From the NCBI GenBank assembly GCA_964565945.1, contig CAZMGY010000018.1:30001-62000 (forward strand): a stretch of 32,000 nt of DNA, written 5' to 3'. Position numbers and translations under genes: made by a program. Numbering within the stretch: position 1 is the first letter of the stretch; each line of letters starts with the position of its first letter. Under the pieces are notes generated by a model. That model was given only the letters and a program-made list of their open reading frames with translations, searched no databases and had not been told where the DNA came from. This document shows, piece by piece, positions 1 to 12,700 of the stretch. Source of the DNA: an uncultured bacterium (lineage in GTDB: Bacteria > GCA-001730085).

Positions 1-790
1 AGCTAAGCTAACCATAGAGCTAGTTAAACGACCATGCGTAATAGTTGAGTTTTGATTATGTTTAGCTACATCTGCTGAATTGGCTGAGAAACTATCGACA
101 ATCTTCTTCTTTTGACGCCCTGTGTCATAATATTGAAAATATGTGCGATTACTGCTCAAGATCGTGTTATTTGCGTCGCGAACCACACGCAATTCTTCAA
201 TTTTATTATTGCCCCCATAGATATTACGCATTTCGGTAATATCTTTAAGATTAGCAACAGTTACTCCCGAGCGATTCAATTCCGACCAATTCATTAAATC
301 GCTATAGTGGTCATTGCCTTTAAAGTTTTTGTTCATCATATAACCATTCAAAAGAGTGCTACTGCCCGACATTTGGCTGCTGTAAGTGAAGGTTTTTTCG
401 TCGCTATGATCATCACTATAGGTTTTTAAACGTAAGGTTTCATTTAGACCCTTCCCTTCTTCATAAACCACTTCTTTAACAATTTTAGCATTAGCCGCTG
501 GAGTTACCGAAGCATAGCCTTTCCAGCTACGCTTAACATGATTGTAAGTACCATCTTGTGTTTCATTCAAGCTATCGTAAAGTAAATTGTCGACCAAATC
601 GTATTCCTTGTCGATTACTTCATCAAGAGTTGAATTTGTTAGTAATGGTGGGTTTTTTGTAACTGAAGTCATTACATTTTTGATCAACCTGTGATACGTA
701 TCGTAGATTTTAACAGATGATGAAATTTTGCGGTTCCATACAGAATCACCAGCATGAAGCACACGACCAGTTAATCCCATAAAATGCTTC
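1..790 (-). repeat. YD-type repeats resume and run off the window
   Basis: Lines 1-240 translated: TYFQYYDTGRQKKKIVDS...ITEMRNIYGGNNKIEELRVV. The quick read upstream includes IYDTYHRLIKNV and LLYDSLNETQDGTYNHV. Confidence 0.5.
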
Positions 791-3700
791 GCGTCATCAT
801 ACTCAGCTTCAAGGTAAATATCATCAATAACACTCTCACCCTTTTTGATGCCTACGCGATTATCCGAGCGCAAATAATAGCTGTACTCACCATTGTTGAT
901 AGTGTGGCCGTTAATGGTGATATCCCCTTCAGCACCTTGCTTGGCGCGAATTTCACCTGCAGTAAAAACAAATTCATGACCAGTTGCATAAACTTTACCG
1001 AATGTTTTAAGCTTACCTCCAACCATACGTTCGCTCACAGTGATGCCAACATTCTCGAGAACATTTCCCCCATAGATGCGAATCCCATATTGGCCAGAAG
1101 ATTTTTGATAATATTCGTAATATCCGCTATTGATAACAACTGGTGAACGAACTTGAATAGGTGTATCCCCATTTTCGTATTTCATAATAAGTCCATGGGT
1201 CGAACTTGCAGGGTTAAGTTCAAATTCGAAATCATATTCGATCCGACCTGTTGGACGTGGATAATCGTTCACTAAGGTTGAAGCTAAAGTGACATTAGGA
1301 ATGATCACACCATCTTTGTCCTTAAGTCCTAATGTGTTATCGTCACGGATATAGAATGTGCTCTTTAAGTCGTCAATTTTTTGAGGTGGATCACCGACAG
1401 TGCTTGGGAAATTGTCCGTACTTACAGGAGGAAGAATCACACCGCCTAAGGGGGTATCTTGAATGGTTACAGCCGTTTCAGCAATCTTAAAAGGTTCGAC
1501 ATCGTAGATACGCATATTGGCAGCGTTATCTTCGGTGAAACGAACGGCATCTTGCGTAGAATAATCAACGCTGGAAACACCATCAAACGTGATGGTTTGT
1601 TTACGGCTCAACGTTTCGGTATTTTCTTTAAGTTCCATTCCATAAGCATCGTAGCTAAAATCAGATGTGCTTTTGGTCATCAAGGCATTATTTTCGATCA
1701 CTTGGCGTTGTTTTTGCTTAACAGTTGTGTCACTCCCCCCTCCAAAACGCTCTAAAGATAGAATTTCTTTATGCAATAACTGCGTGTAATCTTTATCGTT
1801 GTATACGCTTTCGTACGATTTCTTTTCTTGGCGAAAGGCATCATATTCTTGTGTAACCTCTTTCCATGTCTCTGTTTGTCTTGGAGGATTGATTCTTCTG
1901 GTAATGGCATGCACTTTTTTCTCTTTCGATAGTAAATCTTCTGTGTAACTTTGATAATCGGTTACAGTGGCTATTTCGAATGAGTTTTGCGTCATACGTG
2001 CAACGGTACCATCATCGTTATAGGTCTTTGTCATTGAATGAAAAGGACGTTCCCTACCAGCAATCACTCGACCAGAGCGCGTTCTCACATGATTCTGTGA
2101 TGTTTCACGGCGATGGCTATCGTAAGTGTAGCTCACAACATCTTGTTCAAGCTCATCTCCAGTCACAGCGCTTATCGTGACTACTGCTTTATCAAGAAAG
2201 TCTTTATCGAAAGCAAATTCTCTAATAGTCTCACCCACCGCAAGACCTTTATTGTTGTAGTTGGTTTGGATGGTTTTAGTTCTAGGCTCTTCGCCATAGC
2301 CACGTGAAAGTGCTACGCTCTGAGTTGCGCGACCTAAAGCATTATAGCTTTGATTCCAAATCACACGATCAGATTTAAAATTGACTTGATCTCCTGGTAT
2401 ATTGGTGACCGTTGAGACTTTTTCGCGACTAACACGTCCTCGATTATCATAAGTGAAGTGAGTGATTTCCGTATGTGGTAAATTATCTACACTTGATCCC
2501 GTTTCCACGGTTATGTCTAACTTATCTCCGTAAACATTATAAGAATTATAGCTCATTTTGGTGACTTTTTGACCACGAGAAGGAAGCGTTTTTGTTACAA
2601 TATCTTGCATTTTACGTCCTGTGGTGTTATCGAAAGAGTTTTCTGTCTTTTCATGCAAATAATGCACCACATTATCTTGAGGTACATAGCTATAGGCATT
2701 TTTTTTCGAGATAAAGTGATTGTTAAGATCAAAGCGATAGGTATTTTTAGTAACAATTTTTTTACGAGGCAAATCGGCGGATCCTTCGGAGCCATTTCGA
2801 GGATAAACAAGTGCAGTTGTTTCATAGACGCGGCCAAATCGATCTTGAAGCATACTTTCTTTTTGTTTACTTAGGCGGAAACCAGTATCGGTGAAAGTCT
2901 CTGTGGTCCTCTCTTGAACCTGACCGTCATTATAATATTGATCATAGGTGATCCGTGTATGCTCCCAAAGATATTTATCGGCTTCATTACCCGTTTCGGT
3001 ATAATACGTTTTTTGATCTTTTTGGGTTGGATAACCTTTTTGACCAATCACCTGTTGCATATTATATGTTTTATCAACGATAAGAATATTTTGAATATTC
3101 TTGTTACGATCTCTTTCAATATTTTTGACCTGTGTTTCTAAATCATACGAATTATAAGTTCTGTAGCTCTCTGACATAGACGAAAGCACTCCGCTTTCCA
3201 AAGCACCATCCATACTGTTAAGCCCTGCATTTTCGTAACTATAAGTCACGCTACTTAAATTAACAGAACCATCTTCGGCATAAACCGAATATACCAGTTC
3301 AGCTTTGGACTCTGATCCAAGGCCTTTGAGTAAGCGAGAGGTTTTCCATGAATTGCCATGAACATCGAGATTTTGTTTCCACATAATATTTTGAAGAACA
3401 ACAGAAGAATTAGCAAAGGTTGATCTTTGGTTTTCGTAAATGCTGCGCCTAAGATGATCATAGTACTGTTCCATTTTGACGGTTGCTGTAACGCTACTTT
3501 GATCATCCCCATAATGCTCAGTCGTTTTTTCCAGAACATTATCAAAGTGATCGTATTCATCATAAGTAATTTTTCGTCTGGTGCGATAATGCTTAGTTGG
3601 TCCACTCAAATCCAAATCGGTGTACATGGCCTTACGGGTTCTTTTGTCAACGATTTCATGCGTTTTACGGCCTGTCACATCATCGTAAGTGTTGTAGATC

Positions 3701-6700
3701 TCGGTGATCGATTCGCGGGGCTGTCCCTCTTCGAGAAGATTGGTAACCGTTTCGGTCTTTTTATTGATAAAGTCGGCAAAAAAGACCGCATGTTTAAAAT
3801 GATTGATGCTGGTAATGCGTTCATAAGGTTGATCATTTAAATCAGATGCAGAACGAGGATAATTATCGCGTGTGACGATGTTTTGGCGTTCGAATGCGTC
3901 GAATAAAATGGTTTCTTTATATTTTTCAACACGGTTGTTAGGTGCAGGATTGTTGTTATAACGTTCGATGAATTTTTTCGAAAAGCGGTAATCATCATCG
4001 TAATCTAATCCTCGAGTGACGCGGGTTTCTTTCAAATGTCTGTTTGAGGCGATGTCATTAGTGTAATAGATCTCTTCACGATCGGTCAAAGCAATCCCTT
4101 GAGCACGCAAACGATTATTGCTGTAATCACGATACAAATCCTTAATCGTAATGATGGTTCTTGTACGTGATTTGAATGATTCTAAAGCCAATTTAATAGG
4201 AATGAATTTTAAATTTCCAGCGGAGTGTTCAATTGTTTCTGTGATGTAATAAATCATTTCAGCCAAGTTTTTAGCAGCAATCACTTCATCCAGTTGATCG
4301 CTTGACAAAGATACCGCTAATTGAGTTAAGCGTGTTTTGGCAGCAATAAAATTCATATTAGATCTAGATAAATCATATAAAGCCTCTTTAATCGCTAAAT
4401 CCTTTTCTATTATGCGTGCTTTAGTGGCCAACACAGCTTCGTAAAGTGGTCGATAATTGAACTTCTTTTCCGATAATTTACGTAATTCCGCGATCACCTC
4501 ATCAATGCTCGTATCTGCAGCAAGAAGGGCTTTAGTAAGGTCTGTGTTTTCAGTTAAACGTGCATTTTCAGCAATCAAAAAAGCTTTGATAGAACTCAGG
4601 TTATTTGCTGAAGCAAGCTGCTTAGATATATCCTCTAGCAGTGGTGCTGTTTCTGTCGTCCGATAGAATGTCTCTAGATTCCATGCATTGTATCCTAATT
4701 CTCCGTTGTCTTTGACATGCGTGACGTGCGTTTGACTCTTAACAAGATCTTTACTGATGCTAATGTCTGTGTAGTCGTTAAGGTTATCATTTACCGATGA
4801 AGGCGCTCCATACGTGGTGATGGAGGATTCTTTTTTAAGACCTGTTGCTTGATCATAGGTATTTTGTGTGTCACGAATGAGCTTTTCACTGCCACTGCCA
4901 GAAATTTCAGAAATGATATGTTTCACTTGACCACGGATGTCAAAATCCAGCGACCATTTTTTCTCGACAACAGTGTTGCTGCCAGCTGTCGATACAATGC
5001 CTTCATAAGTTTGACGATGGTCTTTGTTATAACGGTTGGTGAATGTACGAACAGCTGAACTCGATTGATCTTCGTCGGTTAAGGTTACACGCTTAGTTAA
5101 AATATTCTCAAATTCATCAAAACTTAGATACTCAGTTTTTTTACGGCTAAAAAAAGATTTGCTCTTATCGAGCGTCTTGCTCAAATCGTTCCGCTTATAA
5201 GTAGCTTGGGTTTCGGTTTGTTTGCGCAAGGTATTGTCATATGTGTAATCTGTCGTGATTTCACTTTTTTGCTGACCAGAATAAGTTCGAGCGGCTGCAA
5301 ATGTGCGATGGCGAGTTCTTTTTTGAGCTGAATCATCAAAAACAAAGGCGCGTTCCAAAGTCTGAGAGATAGTGAATTCTTCACTATTGTAAAGGTAGGT
5401 GTTTTCCTTAATCACATGACCCTCAGGGGCCTCTCCAGAAACACTATGTTTACCATATTCGTCAATCAAAACAATCGCTTCACGATCATAGATATCATAG
5501 AATATATGTTCGATATTTTTGGCCACATAGAATAGGTTGGCTCCGTCAGAAGCTGGAGCCCCATTATCGCCACGGCTAATGTAACGTTTAATATTACGAT
5601 CAATCACGCGGTTTTGATGATCATAAGAATTAAAGACTGTTTCTCGTGTTTTGTCGTAAATTTCAGTATCCGTAACTGGATCAAAGACAAATTCTTTAAT
5701 GGTTTCTTTACTCATATTGCCTGAAGGACCAAGATTTGGATTGCTTAAATCAAAAGTACGCTCTACATAATTGATTCCAAAAATAGTGGCACTTTCTTGA
5801 GCTCCACCAGTATATTTAACCAATTTGCGCTCACTCTCGCGATCCCATTGGTCGTAACTTATATTAGAAACAACTTCGCTGTTTTTAATATTGCCAGTTA
5901 TTTGAGCACGATTAATGGTCGTTGAGGCTAGATTAATAGGCAAACTGTTGACTTTGGCCGATGTTCCATAGTGCACAACAATTTCAGCACTCATAAGACC
6001 CCGGTTTTTGGCATCATTATAAGTACGATCAAGTAGCTTGAGTTTCCCTATCGATCCTCCACCAATTTTGTACTCTACGATTTGAGTTGCATTGCCACGA
6101 GGATCAAAAGCTTGTTTCCATTGGATACGTGTAGCTGATTTACCATCGCCAAAATCAGAAACTTTGGTTTCTTTGCTTACACGACCCTCGGCATCTCTTA
6201 AATACGTAATGATGTCAGTTTTGCTGCCTTTTTGTGTGGTTCGACTCATTTGACGGTTAACTTTATCAAAACTTAAGATTTTGGTTGTTTCTATAGTCTC
6301 AAAGAAAGTACCAGCATCGGTCAAGTCAAGGGCAACCCCGGGGATTTGAGGGATTTTTTTGGTTTGTTCGGTCTCGATTTCGCGTCCATGAGAATCATGA
6401 GTGTAATTGGTATTGATTTGCATGCCGTAGGCACCTTTATTATTCCCCTCATCATCTAGTGTATCTGACCATTCAAAATAATTTTCTTCTTTGGATTGTG
6501 GCATGTCATTTTGAACACCTAGATATTTCTGATTGCTATAACTGCGTTCAACATATCGAAAGCCAGCTTGATCGGTACCATTTTTATAGAAAACTTTTTG
6601 TTTGTCCGACACTTGGCGATCAAAAATATCGTATTTAATATCATAGATACGTTCTTTTCCTGTTCGCTTGTTATCCATTGTTAAGATTTCGTTTGTTTTG

Positions 6701-9700
6701 GCAACTGCTAAGCCTCTTTCGTTATAGGTATAGTCAGATTCAATACGCTTCGACTGGGCCACATAAGGTCGAGCCAAAATAGTGCTAATATCACTACTAC
6801 TTTTGTAAGCGCTGTAATCATTAGGTTGATCATTGATGTATTTGGTGTTAGTTTTTTTTTGAAGCATACCAGAGTTAAGTAAATCTGTGTCGAAAGCATA
6901 GTATTCCATGATATCTTGGTTTTTGCTCAAAACACCTTCTTTAAATTCGTATGTCGTACGCGAACGATTACGATCCAAGAAATCTTGCTCCACTTCGACA
7001 ATCTGCTGATTCGACCATTGTCCCGCCGTTTTGATTGTCCCAAAGCCAGTTGTTTTCATGACACGATCGTTTCTATCGATATAGCTTCGAAAAACAGCCC
7101 AGGCTTTATTAAAATCTTCTCGAGAAACATTTCCCTGAATACTTTGATAAGCTTCTTCTTTAATCATCCGTCTCAATGCATCTTTAAGGAAATCTTTGCG
7201 AGTCATGGTCCAGCTAATGATGCCATCGACATCCTGAATGATATTGTAGGATTTAACCTTGTTGTAAAGATTAGGAGCAATGGCATCTAAGGAGATTCTC
7301 GCGATACGTCCCTCTGTTTTATCGACATTCCAAATGGTTTTATGGCTAGCACTCACAGAACTCCATAGATTAATAATTTGGCTGGACAAAGCTTGATTAT
7401 CTGCCTTCCAGATCACATGATTTACCCCATCATTATCAATCAGATTGGCATCAATCCAAGGTTGAAGATCCAAGCCCGTAAAATCACTCCCTAAAAAGCG
7501 ATTGGTGTTGCGATAGACCTCTGTATCGGAACCATAAGTAACGATATTTTGAATTTTGCTACGATTGAAAGAATCAAAGGCTTTGATATGGGTCTCTTGA
7601 ACCGTTTTTTCCGTACCCAGGCCTTGTATGATATCTACTTTTCTTTGAACACGATCCATATGATCATACTCGTAAAAGTTTTCTGTTGTTCTCAGGGTCA
7701 CCATGGCCAGTGTTTCTCTATCGGTCGCTTTTTGAACGGATTTCTCGTAGAGTTTAAAATCATATTGATTGTAGGCCATCGTTTTATCTTCGACCGATAA
7801 AACATCAGACATATCATTGTACATACGTAGTTTTAAAGCCTTGACGCCCTCGTAAAGACCTTGATAACGGGGATTAAGATCTTTTTTGGCTTCTAAAGCC
7901 GTAATCATCGCATCGATAGTGGCTGCATTAACGGCGTCATTAAGATCGCCCTCTCCAGAATTGCCCTTATTAAGAGCCTCTTTAGCTTCAATAAAGTTTC
8001 TAGCCAATGATAAATCGAAAAATCCATCGTTCAATCGCTTGTTAGCAACGCCTAGATTTGCTTGGAAGGCCAATATAGCTTGATGAATAGCGTTATACTG
8101 ATTTTTGTCTGATTTTAAACTGGCCAAATGCGCCAATATTGCAGACATATTATCTATTGAAGTGATGGCATCGAGGTCTGCGTTATCCAAAACTTTATCA
8201 AAACGTTTGAGAATATCTTTGACATCAACAAAGTTTTCTGCCTGTGTGATTTTCTCAGCCACTTGCTGATAAGACAATTCGGGTGTTGCCAAAGGATCGT
8301 ATGTGTAGGTTCGTGTTTCGGTCACTTTGTCGAGATTATCAAAAGCGAGGTTCACAGTACGTGTATGACTGACCAATTGTCCCCTAGGTCCAGCTTGGTT
8401 AATATTGGTCTGATTAGCTAAGCTATCGCCAGGATTAGGGCGATAAGTTTTTTGAATTTCCTGAACTTGACGGTTGGCAAAAAAGGTATTGTCATACTGT
8501 TTTTCTGTGACTTGATATTTCCATGCCCCCTGGTAATCTTGGATCTTATCTTTGCGAACTTTCTCACGGTTAAAGACATCGTACAAGATGTGTGTAATTT
8601 TGGTTTGAGCTGTTCTTAAACGTGACCCTTCTGTTAATGGATAAGGCTCCATGGCTTGACGAGACGTTCTTTTCAGTTTAGGTTGATTATGTAAGTTATA
8701 AGCTAGATATTCTGTTCTTTCCCGTTCTTTCATAATCCATCTTTGAAAGCTTTGATCCCAACCATATTGATCAACTTCTTGTGTTTTAAAACGATCAAGA
8801 TTGTCATAGGTATTCGTGCTGACACGGCGATTATGTTTGTCCCAAAATCCTCTTACTTCGTTATAATGAAAAACATCAGTTGTTTCGATATAAACTCGGT
8901 CTTTAGGATTATCTCCATGTAAATATTGATTTTTTTGAATCAAACGACGACGCTCTTGGGACATTTGCAACAAATCATGACTATTATTCTTTTCGTATTC
9001 AATCGTTGTCACTTGAGTTGTTCGACCTAATTGATCAAACTGATAACGTTTGCGTGTTTTGCTGCGATCAACAACTAAACCAAGAACTTCGGAAATGGCT
9101 TGTCCTTTCCATTGTGTTTCGGTGTTAGCCATAGCGGCATCCTGAGCTGTCATTTTAGAAATAATGTTCTCTTTAACTACGTCAAAGATACTTTTTCCAA
9201 TATTATTGATAAGTGTGTTGGCCGGAATACCAAAGAAGCCTCTTAAGATGTTGGCCAAAGTTGAAGCGACAATCATTTTGAAGGATTGACCCTCAATGAA
9301 TCCGCGCACCCAGTTGTAAAAACCTGTTTTGAAAGCTTCCAACATATGAGACAATCCAAATTTTTTCTCACGCTGAGTTAACTTGCCTTGATGAGAGCGC
9401 ATAATAACATCGTAAAGCTTGGAATTTATATCCCCTTCGACAGCCACCTGATTTTGTTTTAAAACACGTAAACGACGCAAAACTTCTTTGCTCATATCAC
9501 TGGCATTGATGGTATTTTTACCTGATATTCTCTTGGCGCCATCCAATGTAAGAACACGGTCAAAATCTTCTTTGCGATATTGGGTGGTGACCAATGCATG
9601 CTCGACAGCTTTACCCATAGAATCATAGATGTAATCGTTGAATTCCTCTAGGGCCGTACGGTTTCCGTACATATCAAATTTTGAATTAAGCTTATGAGTC

Positions 9701-12700
9701 ACTTGTTCAAAAAGATTGTATTTAAAATCAAATTCCGAAGACGCCTCAACCAAGAATTTACCAGTCAATTCTCGTCCTTCCAAATCAAGCATCGCAGTCC
9801 CATCTTCATAGGCGCGTACACGGTAATTATAGATATATTGTTCACGACCTTTGAGACGGCCTGTTAGTTCATCATAGATGTTAGCACTCTCCTCTTCTTT
9901 GGTTAAACCTTGAATCGTATATCGTTTTTGCGCAACATCATAAAGAAAATTGGTTCCTGTTTGTGTCATTTTGTTGGACTGGCGTCCATCGGTATAATAG
10001 GTGTAATGCGTAGCTAAGGCACGTCGAGTAGCCATATTATTCGTATCGGGATACTCCCATCGACGATCACTTAAAAGACGACCATCTTCACGATACACAC
10101 GGTCAAAAGTTGTGGTTTGTTTTTTCGATAAATAATCAATTTCGTGACTATGACTAAGGCGCAGGTTATCGTTGTATCCCATAATGCGCTTGGTATTCTC
10201 GCTTTGAGAAAAGCCATTTAAGAGAGCGTCCTGATCGATCACGAGCGTATCACCATCCAGTCTTTTAGGCAACTTACCATTGAGAAGATTTGTGCTACGA
10301 TTTTTTTGATATTCTTGTTTGGTAACATGAATCGGCATACCACGGTAATCGAATTTCTCAAAATGTTGCACAGATAACCTTGTATTTCCTTTTAAATGAA
10401 TGGCAGAAAAAAACCCTTCCATAGCGGCCACACGTTTATGAGAATTAGAAATCCTGGCATAATCTAAGCTGGCAATGTTAAGTTCGTAAGGACCAATAAT
10501 CGAAACGAGGGCTTGGAATTTGTTTGCAATTAGCACCAAAGCCGTATTGGCATTTTTAATAGCGTCTTCAGGCACGGTTAAGGCCTCTTCATTGATCATT
10601 TTAGCTAAAACATTGGCTTCCTCCGTCGATAAAACGCCATTTTTGTTACGATCGGATAAGGCTAAACGAAATTCGGCTAACACATCGACCACTTGAGGTT
10701 GTTCTTTGACAATTCGTTGCATAATCTTAATTTTGTCGACATCAAGACTTTGTTGAACCGGAATACCAGTAGGATTGCTTGCCGACACAGGATTCAATTT
10801 ATTAATGATTAGCTCTAAAGTGATTTCGGGGCGAATGACAAAGCCTTGAGCAGCGCGATCTCTAAGGTTATAAATGTAATTACCAAACAAGCTATCCAAA
10901 AAGGCATTTTTGTCAGCGTTGCTCAAACCATCAAACGTCATCATCCATGCGCTAAAAGCCGCTTTCACACCCTGAACTTCAGGATAATCTTGACCAGTGA
11001 GAATACCACGAATATTTTGAAGATCTTGAGCTGTGGCATTATTAACTGCTTTAAGGGTTCTTTGCAGGTCTTTTAAACGAACAGCAAAGCGATCTAACTG
11101 CCCTTGCTTAGGATTGGTGTAATCAGAGCTAATCAAAAAGTACTTCTCAAGGATTTTTCGTGCTTTCTGAACTTTCCAGGTAACCACTTGCATATCGTCA
11201 TGAGAAGTTTTACCTAAATCTGTTCCTTGCGCTAAAAACTTTGTTTTATAAATATCTAAATAAGCACCCTCGTTCATAACCATTACGTATTCATTAACTT
11301 TTCTTTTAAAGCGATAGTCTAGGCTGTTTTTGCTGTAACTCAATGTTTTCCATAGAGCATCTTCGACATCATCCGCAAAGTCGAGCTTGGCTTTAAATTC
11401 TGCTTCAGTATCATCTAAAGCATCTGCACTCCAGGTGGTGTAGGGCAAATCCATATCATAAAAATCAATCAAACCAGCTGGAAGCAAGTGCTTAAGTGGA
11501 CTTACACCCACAGGTAATTCATTAGAGCCACTGTTCAAATTAAGACGAATTTCTTTAACACTATTATCGTAAAAAAATTCTTTGACTGTGGTTTCTGTCA
11601 ACGCGTAGTTGTTTTCTCCAAATCGATACTTGGATGTCGTTGCGGAGTCCCAAGTGACCTGACCATCATTGTCATATGTCCGTTGACTTTTGATTTGCGT
11701 TTCATCCTTGTAATACGCACCACCTTCTAAAGGCACATCCTTTAACTGACCCCATTTGTCATATTTTCTAGATAATGATGTCGACGAAGTAACAAGGCCG
11801 GTGTTGTCACCACCAGTTTGAGTTGCCTGGTCATAGTCTTCGTAATAAAAGGCATAGTAGAGCACCTTACCAGTTGTTCCTGTCACTTGACCCGCTTCGT
11901 TCTTAATAGCTTCTAGAAAAATACCATCCAATACGGTTCCATCTGCACGTTTGAGCCCAATGGTTTGATCTGGACGAATAAAATAACTGACTTGACCATC
12001 CTTAATCATATATTTGCCAATCTGTGCTGGGGGTTCTATCTCTGTCTTTGCTAAAATAGAACCCCCAGCCACACTAAAAGCGTCATCTAAGTGCAATACA
12101 ATGGGATTGCTGGCTTCATCTTTAAGAGTCAATTGATCAACATCAAACCGATCTTCACGAACCTCTAGAACATTGGAACCAGTGTTATCATAACGGTAGT
12201 TACGCAAAATATTATGGACTTTATTTTTTTTAGCATAATCAGTTTTTTCAACCTTAATAAACTTCTTGCCATAAGAATTAGTTCCTTTTTCCATGCTAGC
12301 CAACAAATTACCATTGGCATCATAGGCCCTTTCTTGAATAACATAGTTCTTATAAAAAATATTCATTTGACTCGATGTGCGACTTAAACCTAGAGCATTG
12401 CTATGCTCGGGATCACTTGAAAATTCTGGAATCGTAAAATCGAGCTTGTCTTTGTCGATAGCAAACCACATCACATTATCGGTGCGACTACCGTTATCCA
12501 CACGGTCTTCACGTTTTTTAATAAGGCGTCCATTTTGATCATATCCCATATTCCATGTATATTTGAGAGATACATTCCCTTTAGAATCAAAATTCTTGGT
12601 GTTTTCAGCAATTTTTTGTCCCAAACGGTTGTATTCGATACCTGAATAATGGGTTTGGCTAACCGCATCACCCTTATCAACAAAGTCATTGAAAGACACT

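Noticed and set aside
6852-6860. A9 homopolymer on the coding strand (T9 on plus), plus several A8 runs elsewhere, as phase-variation slippage tracts
   Set aside because: Runs of this length are expected in a 31.7-kb AT-rich gene with many AAA Lys codons. The frame is intact across all of them and there is no population data.
9196-9282. Hydrophobic stretch FKMIVASTLANILRGFFGIPANTLINNIG as a transmembrane helix
   Set aside because: It is interrupted by Arg and several polar Asn/Thr residues. It looks amphipathic rather than membrane-spanning, and I noticed no second hydrophobic segment nearby.
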